Below are positions 46,969-57,194 of a stretch of DNA of 57,194 bases, in pieces (the first letter of the stretch is position 1; every line of letters begins with the position of its first letter). The notes under the pieces were generated by a model. That model made no database searches. It was not told the DNA's origin and was given only the letters and a program-made list of their open reading frames with translations. The translations under genes and the position numbers were made by a program. Origin of the DNA: a virus (taxonomy: Duplodnaviria; Heunggongvirae; Uroviricota; Caudoviricetes); IMG/VR virus record IMGVR_UViG_2778261542_000002, positions 1 through 57,194 of that record, one strand, 5' to 3'.

Positions 46969-48297
46969 ATGACGTGGAAAGACAGACTTCAGGACGCGTC
47001 ATTTCGCGGTGTGCCATTTAAGGTTGAAGAAGAAAGTGCGGGAACCGGTCGTCGTGTGGAAACGCACGAATACCCGAACCGCGACAAACCCTATACCGAA
47101 GACCTGGGGAAAATCACTTTCCGCCCGTCCATCACAGCTTATGTGGTGGGAGATGACTGCTTTGACCAGCGCGATCGCCTGATTGACGCGCTGAATAAAC
47201 CCGGTCCCGGCACGCTTGTCCATCCGACTTACGGTGAGCTGAAAGTCTGTGTTGACGGGGAAGTTCGGGTCAGCACATCGAAGAGTGAAGGGCGTATTGT
47301 CCGCTTTGACCTGAAGTTTGTCGAAGCGGGAGAACTCTCTTACCCCACTTCAGGTGCGGCGACGGCGCAGACGCTGATGTCATCCTGTTCTGCACTGGAT
47401 GACTGCATCAGTGACAGCTTCAGTGGTTTCAGTATCGATGGCGTGGCAGATTTTGTGCAGAACGACGTCGTCGGTAATGCCAGCACAATGCTTGGGTATG
47501 TTTCTGATGCGATGAAAGTGGTGGATTCTGCCGTATCGGATGCCGCCAGGCTGTTGCAGGGGGATATCTCGGTACTTCTGCCGCCGCCATCGTCAGGCAA
47601 AAATTTCGTTGAGCAGGTGCAGAAAATGTGGCGTACCGGGAAACGCCTTTATGGTAACGCCAGCGACCTGGTCACCATGATCAAAACGCTTTCCGGTGTC
47701 AGCCTCGGCAGCGATCTGCAACCGCGCGGCGTCTGGAAAACGGACAGTAAAACCACCGCCACGGCGACGCAGCAGCGTAACGTGGTTGCCAGCACCCTTC
47801 GTACGACCGCAATCAGCGAAGCGGCGTATGCCGTCACACGATTGCCTGCGCCCACAACTTCCGCGGTGATGCAGAATGCCACAGTGGGGCAGTCAACAAC
47901 ACCCGCGCAGAGCACCGGCTGGCCTTCTGTCACGCATCCGGCACTGAACAATGCACCGGCGGTGAAAAACACGGTTGACCTGCCAACGTGGGAAGAACTG
48001 ACCGACATTCGCGACACACTGAATACGGCAATTGATAAGGAGTTGTCCCGTACAACCAGTGATGCGCTGTTTCTGGCGCTGCGCCGGGTGAAAGCAGATC
48101 TGAATGCGGATATCAACATGCGCCTTGAACAGTCTGCACGGATCATTCAGCGCACGCCGGATGAGGTTTTACCCGCGCTGGTGCTGGCGGCGACCTGGTT
48201 TGATAACGCGGCGCGTGACGCGGACATTATCCGGCGTAATGCCATTACGCATCCCGGCTTTGTGCCGGTGATCCCTCTGAAGGTGCCAGTGCAATGA
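46969..48297 (+). CDS. DNA circularisation-type tail protein (Mu gpN-like)
   Basis: MTWKDRLQDASFRGVPFKVEE..RRVETHEYPNRDKPYTEDLG N-terminal pattern; GGAG Shine-Dalgarno. Confidence 0.7.
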   Translation: MTWKDRLQDASFRGVPFKVEEESAGTGRRVETHEYPNRDKPYTEDLGKITFRPSITAYVVGDDCFDQRDRLIDALNKPGPGTLVHPTYGELKVCVDGEVRVSTSKSEGRIVRFDLKFVEAGELSYPTSGAATAQTLMSSCSALDDCISDSFSGFSIDGVADFVQNDVVGNASTMLGYVSDAMKVVDSAVSDAARLLQGDISVLLPPPSSGKNFVEQVQKMWRTGKRLYGNASDLVTMIKTLSGVSLGSDLQPRGVWKTDSKTTATATQQRNVVASTLRTTAISEAAYAVTRLPAPTTSAVMQNATVGQSTTPAQSTGWPSVTHPALNNAPAVKNTVDLPTWEELTDIRDTLNTAIDKELSRTTSDALFLALRRVKADLNADINMRLEQSARIIQRTPDEVLPALVLAATWFDNAARDADIIRRNAITHPGFVPVIPLKVPVQ

Positions 48298-49373
48298 ACG
48301 ACAATGTCACGCTACGGGTAAATGGCCGGGAGTGGAATGGCTGGACATCGGTGCGCATCGGTGCCGGTATTGAACGGCTGGCGCGGGATTTCAGTGTGGA
48401 GATCACTCGCCAGTGGCCGGGAGATGAGGGTATCACCACGCTTCAGCCGCGCATTAAAAACGGTTCAAAAGTGGAAGTGCTGATTGGTGATGAGCTGGTG
48501 ATCACCGGCTGGGTGGAGGCGACTCCCGTTCGTTACGATGCCCGTTCGGTCAGCACCGGTATTGCCGGACGTAGTCTGACGGCTGACCTGATTGACTGTG
48601 CAGCCGAACCGACACAGTTTAACGGACGCTCGCTGGTGCAGATTGCGCAGGCGCTTGCTGCGCCTTTCGGCATTGAGGTGGTGAACAGCGGTGCGCCGTC
48701 GGGTGTTATTCCTGATGTTCAGCCTGATCACGGTGAAACGGTGATTGAGGTAATCAACAAAATACTCGGTCAGCAGCAGGCACTGGCTTACGACGACCCG
48801 CACGGCAGGCTGGTGATTGGCGGTATTGGCTCAACGCGGGCACATACTGCGCTGGTACTCGGGGAAAACATCCTTTCCTGCGATACGGAGAAGAGTATCC
48901 GGGAGCGATTTTCTGTTTACCAGGTGGCGGGGCAGCGTGCCGGAAACGACGATGATTTCGGTGAGGCCACCACCACCGCGCTGCGGGCCCGCACAGAGGA
49001 CGCATTTATTGCCCGTTACCGTCCGATGTATATCAGGCAGACAGGGCAGGCTACGGGGGCAGGCTGTATTGCCCGTGCGGACTTTGAAGCCCGACAACGG
49101 GCGGCGCGGACGGATGAAACCACCTATGTGGTGCAGGGCTGGCGACAGGGTAACGGTACGCTGTGGCAGCCCAACCAGCGGGTGATTGTCTTTGATCCGG
49201 TCTGTGGTTTCGACAATACCGAACTGCTTGTTTCGGAAGTCACGTTTACTCAGGACCAGAACGGCACCCTGACGGAAATCCGTGTCGGCCCACCTGATGC
49301 TTATCTGCCTGAACCCGAAGATCCCGGTGCGCGGAAAAAGAAAAAAGCCAGAGTACAGGAGGACCCGTTCTGA
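48294..49373 (+). CDS. baseplate hub protein (Mu gpP-like)
   Basis: Operon position and size. Confidence 0.6.
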   Translation: MNDNVTLRVNGREWNGWTSVRIGAGIERLARDFSVEITRQWPGDEGITTLQPRIKNGSKVEVLIGDELVITGWVEATPVRYDARSVSTGIAGRSLTADLIDCAAEPTQFNGRSLVQIAQALAAPFGIEVVNSGAPSGVIPDVQPDHGETVIEVINKILGQQQALAYDDPHGRLVIGGIGSTRAHTALVLGENILSCDTEKSIRERFSVYQVAGQRAGNDDDFGEATTTALRARTEDAFIARYRPMYIRQTGQATGAGCIARADFEARQRAARTDETTYVVQGWRQGNGTLWQPNQRVIVFDPVCGFDNTELLVSEVTFTQDQNGTLTEIRVGPPDAYLPEPEDPGARKKKKARVQEDPF

Positions 49374-49921
49374 TGAGGACGATTGAAGCCATGCAGCGAC
49401 AACTTCTCGGCCTGATTGGGCGGGCAGTGGTGAAAAGCATCAGTGCCGCCACGAAATGTCAGACCGTGGATGTGTCCCTGATTGCCGGTGAACCCAAAGC
49501 CGGGGTTGAACATCTTGAACCCTACGGTTTTACCGCAAGGGCAAACAGCGGTGCGGAAGCGGTGGTGTTGTTTCCGGATGGCGACCGTTCTCATGCGGTG
49601 GTTGTTACGGTGTCGGACCGGCGCTACCGCCTGAAAGGGCTGCAGACGGGTGAGGTGGCTGTCTATGACGATCAGGGGCAGTCTGTGACGCTGACCCGGG
49701 AGGGGATCGTGGTGGACGGTGCAGGTAAAACGATCACGTTTCGCAATGCGCCCAGAGCACGTTTTGAAATGGACCTGGAAGTGACCGGACAGGTGAAAGA
49801 CCTGTGCGACTCCGGCGGTACCACCATGTCAGCGATGCGGCTTGCCTATAACGGGCATCGTCACAGAGAGAACGGTCAGGGCAGTAACACCGACAAACCT
49901 GATAAAGCGATGGAGGCATGA
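49373..49921 (+). CDS. baseplate spike / assembly protein V-like
   Basis: Operon position and size. Confidence 0.65.
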   Translation: MRTIEAMQRQLLGLIGRAVVKSISAATKCQTVDVSLIAGEPKAGVEHLEPYGFTARANSGAEAVVLFPDGDRSHAVVVTVSDRRYRLKGLQTGEVAVYDDQGQSVTLTREGIVVDGAGKTITFRNAPRARFEMDLEVTGQVKDLCDSGGTTMSAMRLAYNGHRHRENGQGSNTDKPDKAMEA

Positions 49922-50346
49922 TGGAACTGTGGCTGACGGTGAACGGTAAACGCACCTGCGCCAGCGCAGAACTGGATCCGCTGACCCGCGCCGTGGTGAT
50001 TTCCCTGTTTACCTGGCGGCGGGCGGAGCCTGATGACAACGCCGACGTCCCGATGGGATGGTGGGGGGATACCTGGCCTGCGGTACAGAATGACCGTTAC
50101 GGCTCCCGACTGTGGCTGCTTCAGCGCAGCAAACTGACCAATCAGCTGGTGCAGACGGTAAGGGGGTATATCCGCGAATGCCTGCAATGGATGATTGATG
50201 ACGGCGTGGTGTCCCGTATTGATCTGGATATCCGCCGCACCGGGATTAATGAACTGGGTAACAGTATCACTCTCTGGCGTCGTGACGGACCGGTAATGAT
50301 TTCTTTTGATGATCTGTGGAGTGCGATAACGCATGGCGGACAGTGA
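49918..50346 (+). CDS. baseplate protein (GP46-like)
   Basis: Operon position, overlapping starts. Confidence 0.55.
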   Translation: MMELWLTVNGKRTCASAELDPLTRAVVISLFTWRRAEPDDNADVPMGWWGDTWPAVQNDRYGSRLWLLQRSKLTNQLVQTVRGYIRECLQWMIDDGVVSRIDLDIRRTGINELGNSITLWRRDGPVMISFDDLWSAITHGGQ

Positions 50347-51391
50347 ATTTCAGCGCCCGACGCTGGCAGAAAATATCAGTATGCTCCGTAACGATTTATT
50401 CGCCAGGCTGGACGTCAGCGACACGCTCCGGCGCATGGATGAAGACGTGCGGGCAAAGGTGTATGCGGCGGCGCTGCATACGGTTTACGGTTACATCGAT
50501 TATCTGGCAATGAACATGCTGCCTGACCTGTGCGATGAGTCCTGGCTGGCGCGACATGCTGCGATGAAACGGTGTCCGCGCAAGGGGGCCACGGCTGCCA
50601 GCGGGTATATGCGCTGGGAAGGTGTCAGCGATGGCCTGAAGGTGACCGCCGGGAGTGTTATTCAGCGCGATGACCTGGTTCAGTACACGGCAACTGCCGA
50701 TGCAACCAGCTCCGGTGGTGTCCTGCGCGTGCCGATCGCCTGCTCAAGTGCAGGTGCGGTCGGTAACGCTGACGACGGTACGGCATTAATCCTGGTCACG
50801 CCGGTGAATGGTCTGCCGTCTTCCGGTGTGGCTGACACCCTTACAGGCGGATTTGATACTGAAGAGCTGGAAACGTGGCGCGCCCGCGTCATTGAGCGGT
50901 ATTACTGGACGCCTCAGGGCGGGGCTGACGGGGACTATGTCGTCTGGGCTAAAGAAGTGCCCGGCATTACCCGCGCATGGACATACCGTCACTGGATGGG
51001 AACGGGAACTGTCGGTGTGATGATTGCCAGCAGTGACCTGATTAATCCCATTCCGGAAGAATCAACGGAAACGGCAGCAAGACAACATATCGTGCCACTG
51101 GCCCCGGTGGCAGGCTCTGATTTGTATGTATTCAGGCCGGTGGCGCACAAAGTGGATTTTCATATCCGCGTGACGCCGGACACACCAGAAATACGAGCCG
51201 CCATCACCGCGGAGTTGCGTTCGTTTCTTCTGCGTGATGGTTATCCGCAGGGAGAACTGAAGGTATCGCGTATCAGTGAGGCGATTTCCGGTGCGAACGG
51301 GGAATACAGCCATCAGTTGCTTGCACCGGCAGACAATATCTCCATTGCAAAAAATGAACTGGCGGTACTGGGGACGATTTCATGGACGTGA
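50333..51391 (+). CDS. baseplate J-like protein
   Basis: 352 aa in baseplate block. Confidence 0.75.
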   Translation: MADSEFQRPTLAENISMLRNDLFARLDVSDTLRRMDEDVRAKVYAAALHTVYGYIDYLAMNMLPDLCDESWLARHAAMKRCPRKGATAASGYMRWEGVSDGLKVTAGSVIQRDDLVQYTATADATSSGGVLRVPIACSSAGAVGNADDGTALILVTPVNGLPSSGVADTLTGGFDTEELETWRARVIERYYWTPQGGADGDYVVWAKEVPGITRAWTYRHWMGTGTVGVMIASSDLINPIPEESTETAARQHIVPLAPVAGSDLYVFRPVAHKVDFHIRVTPDTPEIRAAITAELRSFLLRDGYPQGELKVSRISEAISGANGEYSHQLLAPADNISIAKNELAVLGTISWT

Positions 51392-51966
51392 CAAACGATG
51401 ATTACATCCGTCTGTTGTCGGCACTGTTGCCCCCCGGTCCGGCGTGGTCAGCCAGCGATCCGGCGATTGCCGGTGCGGCACCGTCATTAACCCGTGCTCA
51501 TCAGCGTGCGGATGCCCTGATGCGGGAGCTGGATCCGCGCACCACCACCGAACTGATAAACCGCTGGGAGCGTCTGTGCGGCCTGCCGGATGAATGTATT
51601 CCGGCAGGGACGCAGACCCTTCGCCAGCGTCAGCAACGGCTGGATGCGAAGGTTAACCTGGCGGGTGGCATCAATGAGGATTTTTACCTTGCGCAGCTTG
51701 CTGCCCTGGGCAGACCAGATGCCACCATCACGCGATACGACAAAAGCACGTTCACCTGCTCATCGGCCTGTACTGACGCGGTGAATGCGCCGGAATGGCG
51801 GTATTACTGGCAGGTCAATATGCCAGCTGCCACCAACACCACCTGGATGACATGTGGCGATCCCTGCGATTCCGCACTGCGTATCTGGGGGGACACCGTT
51901 ATCGAGTGCGTGCTTAACAAACTCTGCCCGTCGCATACCTACGTAATTTTTAAATATCCGGAGTAA
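51382..51966 (+). CDS. tail protein (Mu gp48-like, putative)
   Basis: 194 aa after baseplate J. Confidence 0.55.
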   Translation: MDVTNDDYIRLLSALLPPGPAWSASDPAIAGAAPSLTRAHQRADALMRELDPRTTTELINRWERLCGLPDECIPAGTQTLRQRQQRLDAKVNLAGGINEDFYLAQLAALGRPDATITRYDKSTFTCSSACTDAVNAPEWRYYWQVNMPAATNTTWMTCGDPCDSALRIWGDTVIECVLNKLCPSHTYVIFKYPE

Positions 51967-51969
51967 TCC

Positions 51970-52896
51970 ATGCATCGTATAGACACGAAAACCGCGCAGA
52001 AGGATAAGTTCGGCGCGGGTAAGAACGGTTTTACCCGTGGTAACCCCCAGACCGGCACGCCTGCCACCGATCTGGATGATGACTACTTTGACATGTTGCA
52101 GGAGGAGCTCTGCAGCGTGGTGGAGGCATCCGGTGCCAGCCTGGAGAAGGGGCGGCATGACCAGCTGCTTACCGCGCTTCGTGCGCTGCTGTTAAGTCGC
52201 AAAAATCCGTTGGGCGATATCAAATCGGACGGCACGGTGAAAACGGCTCTTCAAAACCTTGGTTTGGGAGATACAAGCGGATACGTGGGACGCCGGCTGA
52301 GTACCCGGGCTTTCGCGTCATCAGGTACGTATACCCCATCACCAGAAACAAAACGGATCAGGGTCACAATAACGGGCGGCGGTGGCGGAGGGGGTGGCTG
52401 CCAGGCTATATCCAGTAACGAAACGTTTTTCGGTGCTGGCGGTGGGGCCGGAGGGACAGTAATCACCATACTGACCCCGACACAGAATAGTTATCCTGTC
52501 ACTATCGGCGCAGGTGGGGCCGGCGGCGTTGGTGCGACGAACGGCCTCAAGGGCGGTGATAGCTCGTTCGGATCGGTAATAGCCCCTGGTGGTGAAGGCG
52601 GCGGAAAAGTAGGAGTCACAAACACAAACGGCGGTAACGGAGGCGTACCGAATATTGGCGATATCCGCATCACTGGTGGAGATGGAGGCGACGGTCAGTC
52701 CGGGAATATCAGCGTCAGCGGTGAAGGCGGTGCATCGTACTGGGGAGGCGGTGGACGTGCAGGCGCTGGCGGTGGCGTTAGAGGCAGGGCATTTGGTTCA
52801 GGCGGAGGTGGTGCATACGATGCAGGTTATAGCGGAACCAGTATGACGGGCGGGAAAGGTGCTGATGGGGTTTGTATTATCGAGGAGTTTGCATAA
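51970..52896 (+). CDS. tail fibre protein, glycine-rich
   Basis: Poly-Gly tracts (GGGGGGGG, GGGAGG...); followed by a tail-fibre-assembly-like gene. Confidence 0.6.
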   Translation: MHRIDTKTAQKDKFGAGKNGFTRGNPQTGTPATDLDDDYFDMLQEELCSVVEASGASLEKGRHDQLLTALRALLLSRKNPLGDIKSDGTVKTALQNLGLGDTSGYVGRRLSTRAFASSGTYTPSPETKRIRVTITGGGGGGGGCQAISSNETFFGAGGGAGGTVITILTPTQNSYPVTIGAGGAGGVGATNGLKGGDSSFGSVIAPGGEGGGKVGVTNTNGGNGGVPNIGDIRITGGDGGDGQSGNISVSGEGGASYWGGGGRAGAGGGVRGRAFGSGGGGAYDAGYSGTSMTGGKGADGVCIIEEFA

Positions 52897-53306
52897 TGAA
52901 TGCGTCATATGCAGTTATTGAAAATGGGATGGTTGTGAATGTCATTGTCTGGGATGGCGAGGATGAATTCACTGTGCCGGATAATCTGCAGCTCATTAAT
53001 ATTTCTGATATCAGTGAGCAGCCCGGAATCGGCTGGGCGTATTCAGACGGGGTATTTACTGCGCCGCTCCCTCCGGAACGTTCTCATGATGAACTGGTAG
53101 CTGACGCTGAACAGAAAAAACAGTCGTTGATAGACGCAGCAATGGTCAATATCAGCGTGATTCAGTTAAAGCTGCAGGCCGGGCGCAAACTGACGCAAGA
53201 AGAAACTACCCGACTTAACGTTGTGCTGGATTATATCGACGCTGTGACGGCAACAGATACCAGCACCGCACCGGATGTCATCTGGCCTGAACTGCCGGAG
53301 GAGTAG
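52896..53306 (+). CDS. tail fibre assembly protein
   Basis: GAGGAG Shine-Dalgarno, TAATG overlap with the fibre gene; C-terminal ..DVIWPELPEE pattern. Confidence 0.6.
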   Translation: MNASYAVIENGMVVNVIVWDGEDEFTVPDNLQLINISDISEQPGIGWAYSDGVFTAPLPPERSHDELVADAEQKKQSLIDAAMVNISVIQLKLQAGRKLTQEETTRLNVVLDYIDAVTATDTSTAPDVIWPELPEE

Positions 53307-53465
53307 GCCATTCAATATCTGGCGCACTGGAGGTATCAACCAGCTCCAGTGCATCCAGATAATCCAGCCACAGATTAAACTGCACTTTTTATCATCAGAC
53401 AATCGTCCAGGCGCGAGCCTGGATGCTGGCATCTCTGCCCAATTTAAATTTGAGAGGTAATTATG

Positions 53466-54020
53466 TTAACAGTTAATCCACCAGTATGTGCCGGGTGCCT
53501 GCGGGTAAGTGGCGGCGGCAACCTCGTGAACCATCCCCCAATCCAGAGCTGTGGAGGCATTGGCTATGGTGGCGGCGGAGATAACCTCCTTCCACTCATT
53601 GCGGCTCTTACTGAGCTCAATCTGACTCTCCAAAATATCGACAAAACGCTCCAGGTCATTATTGAGACACGCGCTCCACTCACTGACGCGTGAGTGATCC
53701 ACGCTTGGGCCCATCAAGCCCCAGTGAAAAGGATGCAGTAAGAACCGACTCCCAGGATTCGCCTTACGTTCAGACCCTGCAAGAAAAATGATATTAGCGA
53801 CTGATTCAACATTGCTAAGGTTATGGGTCTTTACTGGGATTGGTAGGGCCTTTAGAAAGTGATAAGCAGTAAAACCTGCAACGAGGTCACCGCCCGGACT
53901 GGAAATGTAAATGTTTAACTCAGTCGCCCCCTGATTGATAGCTCCAAGGCAATTGCTAATTAAAGCGTTAACGGTGGACTGATTTACGGGCACCGTGAAA
54001 TTCATAGTATGCAGCATCAC
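53466..54020 (-). CDS. Clp-protease-fold (ClpP-like) serine peptidase, 184 aa
   Basis: IYISSPGGDLVAGFTAYHFLKALPIPVKTHNLSNVESVANIIFLAGSERKANPGSRFLLHP aligns by eye with the ClpP core (IYINSPGG...AAS..GKR...RVMIHQP), including catalytic Ser and His positions. Confidence 0.6.
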   Translation of the reverse strand: MMLHTMNFTVPVNQSTVNALISNCLGAINQGATELNIYISSPGGDLVAGFTAYHFLKALPIPVKTHNLSNVESVANIIFLAGSERKANPGSRFLLHPFHWGLMGPSVDHSRVSEWSACLNNDLERFVDILESQIELSKSRNEWKEVISAATIANASTALDWGMVHEVAAATYPQAPGTYWWINC

Positions 54021-54129
54021 TATCTCCTTGTTTAGTTAGTGGACACATTACCTTGGGAGCAATAAAAAACATAACGCATACTGCATGCTTAGTTGGTGAC
54101 CGGCGATCTAAGTTTAGCAAGGATGCATA

Positions 54130-54528
54130 TCTGAAGGCGATACGCTGGTGGTCTGAAAGCGTGACCGCCTCGGTCGCAGCATGCGACATCTTGTTGGGTT
54201 AGTGGAGGAACTGCGGGAGAAAGGTGTTAACTTCCGGAGCCTGACGGATAGCATCGATACGAGTACGCCTATGGGGCGCTTCTTCTTTCATGTGATGGGT
54301 GCCCTGGCTGAAATGGAACGAGAACTGATTGTTGAACGAACAAAAGCTGGCCTGGAAGCTGCTCGCGCACAGGGACGAATTGGTGGACGACGTCCCAAAC
54401 TTACACCAGAACAATGGGCACAGGCCGGACGATTAATTGCATCAGGTGTTCCTCGCCAGAAGGTGGCGATCATCTATGATGTTGGTATATCGACACTGTA
54501 TAAGAAGTTTCCGGTCGGAGATAAATGA
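54130..54528 (+). pseudogene. pin: Pin/Gin-type DNA invertase, 5-prime truncated with in-frame TGA
   Basis: Upstream frame reads EGDTLVV*KRDRLGRSM (TGA where invertases have Trp), then RHLVGLVEELREKGVNFRSLTDSIDTSTPMGRFFFHVMGALAEMERE...HTH; N-terminal catalytic Ser region absent. Confidence 0.7.
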
Positions 54529-54585
54529 AACCGTAGCACGTCGTATGCAAGATCGTGCTGCGGTTTATGCTTATCACTTAAAGAC

Positions 54586-55455
<870 letters not shown>

Positions 55456-55760
55456 CTAATCATTTGAATTTACATAGTAAAAAAGATACTTTTCCTCATA
55501 GTGTGAGCTAATTTTATGTTTCGTTTGATGATCGGACCGGTCTCAAAAACCGCAGGCACGTTGTATGCGTTAATTTATGAACAAACTACTTGTCTGCTGT
55601 TTTTCTGTCATTAGTCGTATATAGAATGATTCTCTATGCCTAACAAAGCATCACCAGTGCTAGATTACGTTGTAGTCACTGTTTAAATATCCAGATAAAA
55701 CATTTCCTTCTGGGTTGAATGAGTGATAAAGTTTCACCCATTAGACCCCTTGGAGGAATT

Positions 55761-57194
55761 ATGTCTGAATTTGAAGTGTTGGCACAGCATCTGCTGAAGG
55801 AAGCCGAGGCGGAAGAAAAGCTGCGACAGGAAAATGATAAAAAGCTTATCGAGAAAGTGCTGGAAATCTATGATCAGAAGTATGTGGCTGAATTACTGAG
55901 AAAAGTCGGAAAAAATGAGTGGAGCCGTGAAACCATTAACCGCTGGATTAATGGCAAGTGTTTACCAAAATCGTTGACTTCAGTAGAAGAGTCTCTTCTG
56001 CGTAAGATGCTACCAGAACCACCTGCAAACCATCCGGAATATGCTTTCCGCTTCATTGACTTATTTGCTGGAATTGGAGGGATACGGAAAGGTTTTGAGG
56101 CCATTGGAGGTCAGTGTGTTTTTACCAGTGAATGGAATAAAGATGCTGTGCGTACATACAAGGCCAACTGGTTTAACGATGAACAGGTGCATAAATTCAA
56201 TCTCGATATTCGGGAAGTCACGCTGAGTGATAAAACCGATGTATTGGAAACGGATGCTTATGCATATATTGATGAGCATGTGCCGGATCATGATGTGCTT
56301 CTTGCGGGGTTCCCGTGCCAGCCATTTAGCCTTGCTGGTGTTAGTAAGAAAAACTCACTTGGTCGTGCGCATGGTTTTGAATGTGAAGCACAAGGAACAC
56401 TTTTTTTTGACGTGGCACGTATTATACGAGCAAAAAAACCGGCAATTTTTGTGCTGGAAAATGTCAAAAATCTGAAGAGCCATGATAAGGGTAAAACTTT
56501 CAAAGTCATTATGGAGACCCTTGACGAGCTGGGCTACGAAGTTGCCGATGCTGCAGAAATGGGAAAAAACGATCCAAAGATTATCGATGGGAAGCATTTT
56601 TTGCCTCAGCATCGTGAACGCATTGTTCTGGTCGGATTTAGACGAGATCTGAATATTCACAAGGGGTTTACCTTGCGTGATATCAGTCGTTTTTATCCGG
56701 AACACCGCCCATCATTTGGTGAATTGCTGGAGCCTGTAGTCGACAGTAAATATATACTTACGCCAAAACTATGGGAGTACCTTTATAACTACGCCAAAAA
56801 GCATGCAGCCAAGGGGAATGGTTTTGGCTTTGGGTTGGTCAATCCTGAGAATAAGGAAAGCATTGCACGCACACTTTCTGCCAGATATCACAAAGACGGA
56901 TCAGAAATTCTTATTGATCGTGGTTGGGATATGGCAACGGGAGAGGCTGACTTTATGAATGAGAGTAACCAGGCTCGTCGACCACGCAGGCTGACTCCCC
57001 GAGAGTGCGCACGCCTTATGGGGTTTGAAAAACCTGGAGGGAAACCATTCCGTATTCCGGTTTCAGATACTCAGTCATATCGGCAGTTCGGTAACTCCGT
57101 TGTGGTGCCAGTATTTGAAGCCGTTGCCAGACTTCTGGAACCCTATATCCTCAAAGCTGTTTCTGCTGATGCTGGTAAGACTGGGCAGCCTTGA
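55761..57194 (+). CDS. dcm: DNA cytosine-5 methyltransferase, Dcm family
   Basis: Motifs [36 protein letters not shown]; near-colinear with E. coli Dcm as I recall it but clearly diverged; GGAGG before ATG 55761; stop is the last base of the window. Confidence 0.8.
   Translation: MSEFEVLAQHLLKEAEAEEKLRQENDKKLIEKVLEIYDQKYVAELLRKVGKNEWSRETINRWINGKCLPKSLTSVEESLLRKMLPEPPANHPEYAFRFIDLFAGIGGIRKGFEAIGGQCVFTSEWNKDAVRTYKANWFNDEQVHKFNLDIREVTLSDKTDVLETDAYAYIDEHVPDHDVLLAGFPCQPFSLAGVSKKNSLGRAHGFECEAQGTLFFDVARIIRAKKPAIFVLENVKNLKSHDKGKTFKVIMETLDELGYEVADAAEMGKNDPKIIDGKHFLPQHRERIVLVGFRRDLNIHKGFTLRDISRFYPEHRPSFGELLEPVVDSKYILTPKLWEYLYNYAKKHAAKGNGFGFGLVNPENKESIARTLSARYHKDGSEILIDRGWDMATGEADFMNESNQARRPRRLTPRECARLMGFEKPGGKPFRIPVSDTQSYRQFGNSVVVPVFEAVARLLEPYILKAVSADAGKTGQP

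Larger units (their letters stand above)
19771..54528. mobile_element. mosaic prophage: lambdoid early/regulatory region, HK97-type head, Mu-type contractile tail (minimal extent; true ends not located)
   Basis: Contiguous int-xis-cI-cro-replication-Q-lysis-terminase-portal-capsid-sheath-tube-tape measure-baseplate-tail fibre-invertase order. Confidence 0.65.

Noticed and set aside
47649-48146. 165-aa minus-strand ORF and other antisense ORFs within tail genes (for example 45778-46400, 48465-49097, 49734-50334)
   Set aside because: Antisense to a contiguous, translationally coupled structural operon; low-complexity translations.
53463-53693. 76-aa plus-strand ORF
   Set aside because: Entirely antisense to the ClpP-like gene, Gly-rich, no start context.
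55719-55760. Upstream start of the dcm-like ORF (491-aa form)
   Set aside because: The in-frame ATG at 55761 has a GGAGG Shine-Dalgarno and gives a length close to canonical Dcm; the longer form lacks a ribosome-binding site.
57150-57194. vsr start overlapping the 3-prime end of the dcm-like gene
   Set aside because: The window ends at the dcm stop; the only out-of-frame ATG near the end (MLVRLGSL...) does not resemble the Vsr N-terminus, so presence or absence of vsr cannot be judged.

Overview
This 57.2-kb window reads as an enterobacterial (E. coli-like) accessory region built from stacked mobile elements. All domain calls below come from reading motifs by eye in the supplied ORF translations; no database search was run. 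(1) 1-5700: AT-rich island remnants - a 457-aa hypothetical protein, decayed IS3-family transposase and Pin-type invertase fragments, and a frameshifted AIDA/Ag43-type autotransporter. (2) About 5695-17503: a P4-like satellite phage (~11.8 kb) with crr-like and ori-like iteron clusters (TGTTCACC), alpha primase-helicase (777 aa), epsilon-like gene, AlpA, sid-delta-psu, a P2/P4-type cos site, a P4-type integrase and an att core equal to the last 31 nt of ssrA (tmRNA) without the rest of that gene. Where P4 carries gop-beta-cII it instead has one AT-rich 913-aa ORF fusing an Mrr-type nuclease signature to a STAND-type P-loop NTPase; this is my top candidate for an uncharacterised antiviral gene. 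(3) 17629-19580: an ABC-type ATPase plus RloB-like pair (AbiL-like) lying between two integrase genes. (4) 19771 to about 54528: a mosaic prophage with lambdoid regulation (cI, cro, 933W-type Q), replication, Dam, RusA and KilA-N genes, a lysis cassette, an HK97-type head module, a Mu-type contractile tail with a -1 frameshift chaperone, a tail fibre and a 5-prime-truncated Pin invertase. It carries AT-rich opposite-strand two-gene cargo cassettes at the Q-lysis and lysis-terminase junctions and a ClpP-like peptidase where an invertible segment would be expected. (5) 54586-57194: a GIY-YIG nuclease gene divergent from a Dcm-family cytosine-5 methyltransferase that ends exactly at the window edge. 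No rRNA, intact tRNA/tmRNA or CRISPR array was seen.
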